A stretch of 64,000 nucleotides of DNA from NCBI GenBank assembly GCA_965227775.1, contig OZ245777.1, positions 128,001 to 192,000 of the forward strand, read 5' to 3'. The notes under the pieces were generated by a model that saw only the letters and a program-made list of their open reading frames with translations, ran no database searches and was not told the origin of the DNA. Position 1 is the stretch's first letter. Each line of letters opens with the position of its first letter. This DNA is from Phycisphaerales bacterium (GTDB lineage: Bacteria > Planctomycetota > Phycisphaerae > Phycisphaerales > UBA1924). The position numbers and the translations under genes were made by a program. Positions 56,698-64,000 of the stretch are shown one piece after another.

Positions 56698-58902
56698 ATG
56701 GAACGGTTGACCGAACACGGCCAACAACCCGCGCCCCCGGGCCCAACAGACCGAAGCCCAGAGCCGAAGCTCTGGGTTATCAGTCCATGCTTCAATCGGC
56801 CCGCCGACGCCCAAAACCTTTGCCGGGCGCTCGCTCACCTCGAACTTCCGCCTGATCTCTCGCCGACGCTGCTCCTGGTCGACAACGCGAGCCAGCCGCC
56901 GATTCGCGAATCTCTTGCTCACGATGCACTACCCGCTCCATGGACGCTGACCCACCTGCCCCAGATGACGAACACCGGCGGCAGCGGCGGGTTCAACGCG
57001 GGCCTGGCCAAGTGCATGGGGCAATCCCGTATAGTCGATCTTGTCTGGCTGCTCGATAGCGACGCCGAACCTGTGCCGGACGCCCTTCGGCACCTGCTCG
57101 ATGTGCTTTCGAACACGGACGCGGCGATGGTGGGCTCCTGCCTGGTGGATCCGCAGACCCGAGAGCCGTTCGAGTGCGGCGGGTTCATCGATCGGAAGTC
57201 TGGGGAGTACGTCCAGCACCCGCCCAGCGACCATCAGCCGGTCGAGTGCGACTACCTCGCGGCGTGCAGCATCCTGACCACGCCAGAGGTCGTCCGCCGC
57301 TCGGGCCTGTTCCCAGAGACCTTCCTGAACGGCGACGACGTCGGATGGGGCTGCAGAGTCCGCCGTGCCACGGACAAGCCGCTGCTGGGCGTGCCCGCCA
57401 GCCGCGTGGCCCATCCGCAGCCCGATCGCATGCGCACCGTCGCCCGCTACTTCGCGGCCCGGGGCGCGATGATCGCCCTGCCCGAGGCCGGAGTGCCCAT
57501 GTTCAGCCGGGCCATGCGGGAGGCCGCAAGAGCCGCATCACTCCATGCCGCTGGTCTACACGCGCTCGGGGAACTGCACTTGATCGGCCTCCGCGACGCC
57601 GCGAGTGGCCGCGTCATGGGCGCCCTGCCCGCGGGCATCGACCCGGGCAACCCCGACCTTCCCGGCCTCACACCGGAGCAAGCCGAGCAGAAGGTCACCG
57701 GCCGCGGCCGCGTAGTGAGCGCGCGTGCTCGCCGCGGCGATCTGCTGAATCCCCGCGGCTCCATCGCGATCGACAGCCAGGGCGGCTGGTCGATCAGCAC
57801 GTCAAGGTTCACGCAGGCCAGAAAGGCGATCGGTGCGCTCGTGCGCGGCACTGGACTTGCGCTGAAGCTCCGCAAACACGGAGGAGCCTTCGGCCATGCG
57901 CCGCCCGCGCCAATGGCGAACCAGGTTCGCGGCGCAGTCCACGGGCTGAGCATTGTGATTGTCGCGTACAACCGCAAGGACGCCTTGTTGCGCACGCTCG
58001 AGCATCTCAGCCATGCCGAGCCGGCGGCTAGTGCCGAGGTCATCGTGGTCGACAACGCGTCCAGCGATGGCACAGCGCAGGCCTTGGGCGAGCGCTTTCC
58101 GGCCGTCCGATGCCTGGAACTCCCAGAAAACACCGGCGTCGCTGCGTTCAACCGCGGTGTCGAGGCCGCGTCGGGCAAGACCGTGCTCATCCTCGACGAT
58201 GACTCGTGGCCCGACGCGACGGCCCTTTCCCTCGCCCTCGAGCTCCTTGACGATCGAGACGACGTGGCGGGCATCGCGTTGCACCCAAGGCACCCCGATG
58301 GTGGACGCAGCGAGTGGCCGTTCGCACGGCGCATCGGGCAGGCCTGCGATGCCTGGCCGCTGATGGGTTGCGGCAACCTCGTACGCGTGGATGCGTGGCG
58401 GCGCGCTGGCGGCTATTGCGAGGGCTTCTTCCTCTACCGCAACGACACGGACCTTGCGCTCAGCCTCTCGACCATCGGGAAGATCTGGTTCGATCCCTCG
58501 TGGGTCGTCTGGCACGACAGCCCCGCCGCGACACGCAAGAGCGTTCGGTGGTGCCACCTGGCCACACGGAACTGGATGTGGATGGCGCGTCGACACAGTC
58601 GGCACCCGGGCCGATTCTGGGCGTGGCTCGGCGTTCTGCAGGCGTTCCGCCTTGCCGGGCTGCGCCCCGCGGCGGTCATGGCCGTTGTTCGCGGCGTGCT
58701 GGAAGGCCTGTTCGGCAAGGCTCCCACGACCGCCGCGAGCTCACCTAAGGGCTGGAAAGCCCTCATCTCACTTCGGCTCGGCAAGCCGGTCGCCCACGCG
58801 GCCCGCTACGTTGGCCCATGCCCGAAGAACCAAACGCGCCAGGCCCCCAGCACCTCACGCCCGAGCAGTTCCGAGCCCTCGCCCACGAGACGCTCGACCT
58901 AA
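56698..58902 (+). CDS. Two-domain family 2 glycosyltransferase
   Basis: Domain 1: LVDNAS, NTGGSGGFNAG, WLLDSDA, GDDVGW; domain 2: SIVIVAYNR, VVDNASSDGT, LILDDD, GFFLYRND. Confidence 0.85.
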   Translation: MERLTEHGQQPAPPGPTDRSPEPKLWVISPCFNRPADAQNLCRALAHLELPPDLSPTLLLVDNASQPPIRESLAHDALPAPWTLTHLPQMTNTGGSGGFNAGLAKCMGQSRIVDLVWLLDSDAEPVPDALRHLLDVLSNTDAAMVGSCLVDPQTREPFECGGFIDRKSGEYVQHPPSDHQPVECDYLAACSILTTPEVVRRSGLFPETFLNGDDVGWGCRVRRATDKPLLGVPASRVAHPQPDRMRTVARYFAARGAMIALPEAGVPMFSRAMREAARAASLHAAGLHALGELHLIGLRDAASGRVMGALPAGIDPGNPDLPGLTPEQAEQKVTGRGRVVSARARRGDLLNPRGSIAIDSQGGWSISTSRFTQARKAIGALVRGTGLALKLRKHGGAFGHAPPAPMANQVRGAVHGLSIVIVAYNRKDALLRTLEHLSHAEPAASAEVIVVDNASSDGTAQALGERFPAVRCLELPENTGVAAFNRGVEAASGKTVLILDDDSWPDATALSLALELLDDRDDVAGIALHPRHPDGGRSEWPFARRIGQACDAWPLMGCGNLVRVDAWRRAGGYCEGFFLYRNDTDLALSLSTIGKIWFDPSWVVWHDSPAATRKSVRWCHLATRNWMWMARRHSRHPGRFWAWLGVLQAFRLAGLRPAAVMAVVRGVLEGLFGKAPTTAASSPKGWKALISLRLGKPVAHAARYVGPCPKNQTRQAPSTSRPSSSEPSPTRRST

Positions 58903-60278
58903 TCCTCGACTACCACGCCACCATCGACGCCCGGCCAGTGCGATCGGAAGCCGCGCCGGGCGATGTGCTCGCAGCGTTGCCGAACACGCCACCCGAGCAG
59001 CCGGCGGGCGAATCGGAGTGGCCCGCGATCTTCGACGATGTGCGCAGCATCATCTTGCCCGCCCTTACGCACTGGCAGTCGCCCGGCTTCTTCGGGTACT
59101 TCCCGGCCAATGGCTCGTGGCCTGCAGTGCTCGGCGACCTCCTGAGCACCGGCCTCGGCGTGCAGGGCATGCTGTGGCAGACCGGCCCGGCGATCACCGA
59201 GCTCGAGACGCGCATGCTCGATTGGATGGCCGAACTGTGTGGGCTTCCGGAGCGCTTCCTCAGCACCGGAAGGGGCGGCGGCGTCATCCAGGGTACCGCG
59301 AGCGAGGCGACGCTCGTAGCCATGGTCGCCGCGCGGCATCGATTGAAGGCGGTGCATCCCGACCTCGACCAGCGCACGCTCGTCGCGTACACCAGCACGC
59401 AGGCGCACAGCTCCGTGCTCAAGGCCACGCGCATCGCCGGCATCGAGCACCTGCGGCTGATCAAGACCGACGACAACCACGCGCTCGACCCGCAAGACCT
59501 GCGAAGACAGGTCCAAGCGGATCTCGATGCTGGTCTCACGCCGTTCTACCTGTGCGCCACGGCTGGCACAACGAGCAGCGGTGCGTTCGATCCAATCGAC
59601 CAGATGGCCGGCGTTCGCGACGGGCTGTGCCCGGATGCCTGGCTGCACGTCGACGCCGCCTGGGCCGGGTCGGCGGCGGTCTGTCCCGAGCATCGCGGCT
59701 TCCTCGACGGGCTCTACCGGGCCGACAGTTACTGCACGAACCCGCACAAGTGGCTGCTTACGAGCTTCGATTGTGACCTGTTTTACGTTGTCGATCGCCA
59801 GACGCTAATCGACTCGCTGAGCGTGACGCCCGAGTACCTGCGCAATTCGGCGACCGAATCGGGCACCGTCATCGACTATCGAGACTGGCAGGTGCCCCTC
59901 GGCCGCCGCTTCCGTGCGCTCAAGCTGTGGTTCGTCATGCGGCACTACGGCGCCCAGGGCCTGCAAGCCCACATCCGCCAGCACGTCCAATGGGCCGAGT
60001 GGTTCGAACGGCAGGTGCAGGGTGACGAACGGTTCGAGCTGGCCGCCCCTCGATCGCTCTCGCTCGTGTGTCTGCGGCTGGCCGGCGATCGCGACCACGA
60101 GACCCGGGCCCTGCTCGAGGCCGCAAACACCACGGGCAGCGTGCTGCTTACCCACACCACGTTGCCCGACGAGCACGGTACCCAGCGATATGCCATCCGC
60201 GTTGCCATCGGCGGATCGAACAGCACGTTCGAGAGCGTCGAAGCCCTGTGGAAGCTGCTATCCACCCATGCCAACTAG
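58818..60278 (+). CDS. PLP-dependent aromatic-L-amino-acid decarboxylase (group II)
   Basis: THWQSPGFFGYFP, PAITELE, GGGVIQGTASEA, GTTSSGAFD, WLHVDAAWAG, NPHKW, DYRDWQVPLGRRFRALKLWF. Confidence 0.93.
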   Translation: MPEEPNAPGPQHLTPEQFRALAHETLDLILDYHATIDARPVRSEAAPGDVLAALPNTPPEQPAGESEWPAIFDDVRSIILPALTHWQSPGFFGYFPANGSWPAVLGDLLSTGLGVQGMLWQTGPAITELETRMLDWMAELCGLPERFLSTGRGGGVIQGTASEATLVAMVAARHRLKAVHPDLDQRTLVAYTSTQAHSSVLKATRIAGIEHLRLIKTDDNHALDPQDLRRQVQADLDAGLTPFYLCATAGTTSSGAFDPIDQMAGVRDGLCPDAWLHVDAAWAGSAAVCPEHRGFLDGLYRADSYCTNPHKWLLTSFDCDLFYVVDRQTLIDSLSVTPEYLRNSATESGTVIDYRDWQVPLGRRFRALKLWFVMRHYGAQGLQAHIRQHVQWAEWFERQVQGDERFELAAPRSLSLVCLRLAGDRDHETRALLEAANTTGSVLLTHTTLPDEHGTQRYAIRVAIGGSNSTFESVEALWKLLSTHAN

Positions 60279-60921
60279 CACGGGCGTACGCTCCTACGTG
60301 ACGTTCCGCGTGCTGGCCATCCTGCTGCTTGCCTCCTGCCTGGGCGGATGCGCCTCGAGCCGCCCCTCGACCAAGCCGGCTGCGGCAACCTTCGTCGTGG
60401 ACGCCAGCGATTACGAGCAAGCGTTCGAAGCGGCCAAGGGCGTGCTCCTCGATCGGCAATACGAGCTCGAGCGCGTGGATGCCCGGGCGGGCATCCTCCT
60501 CACCCAGCCGCGCACCGGCGCGGGGCTTCTGACGCCGTGGAAGATCGGGCCCGGCAGTCGGCTCGGCGAAGACACGGTCAACGCGCAAGCCCGCGTGGTC
60601 GAGATCCGCTTCGAACCGGCCGCGGAAACCGAACGTGCACCCGGCGGGGTCCCCGACGCACTCGCGAATCCGCGATCCCCGGTGCCGCCGAGCGCAGCCG
60701 AGGGCGTCATCATCGTGAGCGTGCGCGTGCTGATGGAGCGCCGCGTCTCGCCCACGCGCCGTCTCGACCCCACCGCCGTCCAGGCGGCCTCTGTGTCATT
60801 CGACCCCGGCTTGGCCCGCCGCGGCCTGAGCATGACCTACTACGCCCCGCACGATCTCGACGAGGACGCGTCGGCCGCGCTGGCGAAGAGCCTGCAACGC
60901 AGGCTCGCGCCAAGCTCCTGA
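60268..60921 (+). CDS. Hypothetical lipoprotein
   Basis: LLLASCLGGC lipobox; VDARAGILLT, LLTPW. Confidence 0.7.
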   Translation: MPTSTGVRSYVTFRVLAILLLASCLGGCASSRPSTKPAAATFVVDASDYEQAFEAAKGVLLDRQYELERVDARAGILLTQPRTGAGLLTPWKIGPGSRLGEDTVNAQARVVEIRFEPAAETERAPGGVPDALANPRSPVPPSAAEGVIIVSVRVLMERRVSPTRRLDPTAVQAASVSFDPGLARRGLSMTYYAPHDLDEDASAALAKSLQRRLAPSS

Positions 60922-60934
60922 TTCCTCGACCGTG

Positions 60935-61792
60935 CTAGCGGATGTCCAGAGCCCCGCCTCCAAGGTCGGGAGGCAGCACGCCCGCCGTCGCGCATCCGAC
61001 AAGGGCTGCACGCGAGCGGACACCGAGCTTGCGATGCAACGACTTGACCTGATCGTGCACGGTGTACTTGCTGCGGCCAAGCGTCTGGGCGATCTCGGAC
61101 ACGGAGCGACCCTCTACCAGGCGATCGAGCACGACGCGCTCGCGATCGGTCAGCCACTTGCGAGCCTGCATGCCCTGCTGCTCGCCGAGTGCCGACTGCA
61201 CGATGGCGTGCATCCAAGGCAGGATGCTCCTGAGCAGCCCGGCACGCGACGCGGTGCCTGCGGCATCGCTCCCAAGGTCACCGCCAACCTGGACAGTCAG
61301 TGTCAACGCCGTCGGGCATCGCCTGCAGGCGAGCGCCGCCAGATCGATCCTGAGGCCCACCGAGAGGAACACGTTCGAGATGGTGCACAAGCACGCTTGG
61401 TGTTCAGCGGGCTCGCTCACGAGATAGATCGAGCTCGGACCTCCTGTGGGTATGCTGGGCCACGGGATTCTCTTGGGAGCCAAGGCGACGCTCTCGGTCA
61501 GTTCGCAAAGTCGGCCGGCCACGCCGACGGACTCGCCGGACCACCCGCCTTCGCCATCGAGCCGCCCCACCTGCACCATCACACCGCGGCCATCGCCTGG
61601 CAGTGGCGTCAACGCCTGTGCGAGCCGATCCGCCAGATCAAGCACGGGGACCGCCGGAATGCGGGCCAGCGCCGATCCGATCCGCAGCACTCGCTTCGCC
61701 ATATCGAGCTCGAGAGATCGATCACCTGCCGTACCGCATTGTGACCCGCTGCCCGTCGTCGCGATACGTTTATACTCTTCTCCAGCAAGCAT
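60935..61792 (-). CDS. LuxR-family HTH transcriptional regulator
   Basis: C-terminal LTDRERVVL...GRSVSEIAQTLGRSKYTVHDQVKSLHRKLGV; start placed after GAGGGGG. Confidence 0.85.
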   Translation of the reverse strand: MLAGEEYKRIATTGSGSQCGTAGDRSLELDMAKRVLRIGSALARIPAVPVLDLADRLAQALTPLPGDGRGVMVQVGRLDGEGGWSGESVGVAGRLCELTESVALAPKRIPWPSIPTGGPSSIYLVSEPAEHQACLCTISNVFLSVGLRIDLAALACRRCPTALTLTVQVGGDLGSDAAGTASRAGLLRSILPWMHAIVQSALGEQQGMQARKWLTDRERVVLDRLVEGRSVSEIAQTLGRSKYTVHDQVKSLHRKLGVRSRAALVGCATAGVLPPDLGGGALDIR

Positions 61793-61980
61793 GCGTGGTC
61801 CCCCTCGTATCGGGGGAGTATCGGATACCGAACGCGCGCATGGCGGGCTCCAGATCGGCTCGCGGGCCGCTCTCGCACGGATTCGTGTGGCAACGAGCCT
61901 GTTGCATCCGACCGCACTCGGAGTTGTGCGAAACAGTGCCACATCCGTCCAACGCCATCGAACGATAAAGGGTCGAGTTC

Positions 61981-63591
61981 TTGACAGACGATCGCCATCA
62001 ATCCGCGAAGGGTCGGCTCACCGGCGACGCGCGCATCCTGATCATCGGAGCCGGGCCGACGGGGCTGGGTGCCGCGTGGCGATTGCGCGAGCTGGGGCAC
62101 AAGAACTTCACCGTGCTCGAAGCACACCCGTACGCCGGCGGATTAGCGCACTCTTTCGTCGATGATGCCGGATTCACGTGGGACATCGGCGGCCACGTGA
62201 TGTTCAGCCACTACGACTACTACGACAAGGTGTTCGACGAGGTCATGGGCGATGAGTTCGCGCTGAACAACCGCGAGAGCTGGGTGCGCATGCGCGGCAC
62301 GTGGGTGCCGTACCCATTCCAGAACAACATCCGTTATCTGCCGCCCAAGGACGCCGCAGATTGCCTGATCGGGCTCATCAAGGCCCAAGCGGCCGACGCG
62401 CCGAGCTTCCGCGATGCCGCGAACTTTGGCGAGTTCATCGACCGTGTGTTCGGCGAAGGAATCGCGCGCCTGTTCATGCGACCGTACAACTTCAAGGTCT
62501 GGGCCCACCCGCCCGAGATGATGAACAAGCACTGGATCGGCGAGCGCGTCGCGGTGATCGACGTCGAACGCGCGGTGCGGAACGTCGTCGAAAGCAAGGA
62601 CGACTTCGGATGGGGCCCCAACAACCAGTTCAAGTTCCCACTGCGGGGCGGCACGGGTGAGTTCTACCACCGCATCGCCGAGCGACTGAAGGACAAGCTG
62701 CGATTGTCGACCACGGTCGAGCGCATCGACGCCGCGCGCAAGATTGCGGTGGTGCGCACGTCCGATGGCTCCACGGAAGAACTGCCTTACGACGCGATCA
62801 TCTCGGCCATGCCGCTCGACGTGCTGTGCACGCAGATCGTGAGCGACGCACCCGATGCCGTGCGCGACGCCGCCGGTGGGCTCCTGCACTCGGCAGGGCA
62901 CATGGTGGGCGTCGGCCTGGAGCGCCCGTGCCCGAGCACCAAGAGCTGGATGTACTTCCCCGAGGACAACTGCCCGTTCTACCGCGTGACGTACCTGAGC
63001 AACTACTCGCCCTACATGACGCCCAACCAGACGGGCGCGAACGACACGCACTACTCGCTGCTCTGCGAGACCAGCGCCAGCGGGCACAAGCCCGTCGACC
63101 CAGCCGCCGTCGTCGAAGAGACCATCACCGGACTCGAGAACGCCGGTCTGCTCGAGCCCGGTGAGCGGGCCGACATCGTGAGCACCTGGCACCACGCCGT
63201 GGAGTACAGCTACCCAACGCCCTCCGTCGATCGGGACGAGCGGCTATCGGCGGCCATTCCGTGGCTCGAAGCCCACGGCATCTACAGCCGGGGCCGCTTC
63301 GGCATGTGGAAGTACGAGGTGGCCAACACCGACCACACCCTGATGCAAGGGGTCGAGGTCGTGGACCGCCTGATGCTCGGTGAGCCCGAGCACACGATCG
63401 GCATCGTGTACAAGGTCACCGAGGACGGCCGCGAAGCGGCGGGCCACGACCGACCGAAGGTCGCCGGCTCGGGCGAGAAAAGGCTCGTTGGATCCGGGAG
63501 TTCCTCAACTGCGAATGACTCGTCGCAAGATGTGGCTGAAGCGGAACTTGGAGCTTCGCTGAGCACCAGTCGACAGTCAAACGGCTCGTGA
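61981..63591 (+). CDS. FAD-dependent enzyme, eukaryote-type UDP-galactopyranose mutase-like
   Basis: GAGPTGLGAA, DIGGHVMFSHY, VPYPFQNNI, FMRPYNFKVWA, WIGERVA, WGPN, WMYFPEDNCPFYR, SNYSP, YPTP, SRGRFGMWKYEVANTDH. Confidence 0.85.
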   Translation: MTDDRHQSAKGRLTGDARILIIGAGPTGLGAAWRLRELGHKNFTVLEAHPYAGGLAHSFVDDAGFTWDIGGHVMFSHYDYYDKVFDEVMGDEFALNNRESWVRMRGTWVPYPFQNNIRYLPPKDAADCLIGLIKAQAADAPSFRDAANFGEFIDRVFGEGIARLFMRPYNFKVWAHPPEMMNKHWIGERVAVIDVERAVRNVVESKDDFGWGPNNQFKFPLRGGTGEFYHRIAERLKDKLRLSTTVERIDAARKIAVVRTSDGSTEELPYDAIISAMPLDVLCTQIVSDAPDAVRDAAGGLLHSAGHMVGVGLERPCPSTKSWMYFPEDNCPFYRVTYLSNYSPYMTPNQTGANDTHYSLLCETSASGHKPVDPAAVVEETITGLENAGLLEPGERADIVSTWHHAVEYSYPTPSVDRDERLSAAIPWLEAHGIYSRGRFGMWKYEVANTDHTLMQGVEVVDRLMLGEPEHTIGIVYKVTEDGREAAGHDRPKVAGSGEKRLVGSGSSSTANDSSQDVAEAELGASLSTSRQSNGS

Positions 63592-63822
63592 ATCGGGGCT
63601 AACCCGAACAATAACCACGAGCGGACCTATCGCAAGCCTGCGAACGGCTTCGGAATCTGTCGCTTGCACCGGCTATTCCGGCGATTGCTGGCCGACTTGC
63701 AATCCCGGCGCACAATTACAGCACAAGAGGAACACGGCTCCCTCGTGGTGGCCGGAACAGGGGTACGGCAGTCCGCCCTGCATGTTGTGTTGTTGTCGGT
63801 CACGGACGGAAGGCTCCGGGGT

Positions 63823-64000
63823 ATGGGCGTTCTCACCAGCCAATCGAATAACCCCCTGCTAGGGGGGCGGTGGCAGGCCGATGTGCTGGCCATGGCCGAC
63901 GAGTCCCATCTCGTCGCGTGGTCGCCCTCGCCCAGGCGCCAGCTGGACTTTCTTGCCTCGCTGGGCCAGTTCCTGCAGGCCCAGCGGTACACCGAGGTCT
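63823..64000 (+). CDS. 5' end of hypothetical protein (runs off window)
   Basis: Open frame from ATG 63823: MGVLTSQSNNPLLGGRWQADVLAMADESHLVAWSPS... Confidence 0.4.
   Translation, partial: MGVLTSQSNNPLLGGRWQADVLAMADESHLVAWSPSPRRQLDFLASLGQFLQAQRYTEV

Overview
High-GC bacterial chromosomal DNA, most likely a Phycisphaerales planctomycete. This is inferred from four GC-type dockerin-anchored secreted proteins, IPAP-type PEP-CTERM-like sorting tails, a LEPR-XLL protein, a Minf_1886-like protein and futalosine-pathway mqnA. About 58 CDS are present. Housekeeping genes (cls, tatC, tadA, nuoE, ppa, nrdR, mgtE, metF, mpg, ffh, ppx, recR, mqnA, gatB, lptF/lptG) are interspersed with secreted or surface proteins. 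No rRNA, tRNA, CRISPR array, transposase or integrase was seen. The most unusual locus is 40.3-43.5 kb. There a helical-bundle plus FnIII-like protein gene is flanked downstream by a ~260-nt rod-like imperfect palindrome. Upstream it has a base-paired leader, a degenerate 9x21-nt periodic array (Leu every 7th codon) and a (GGCTT)4 tract, next to a lower-GC pentapeptide-repeat gene. Other highlights are a eukaryote-type UDP-galactopyranose mutase near GlfT-like glycosyltransferases, a degenerate multi-HTH sigma70-like protein, a possible AEP/PrimPol-fold hypothetical, an NrdR box upstream of nrdR, and a recurring TANNNT-N5-7-start leaderless promoter pattern. All family calls come from motif recognition by eye, not from database searches.
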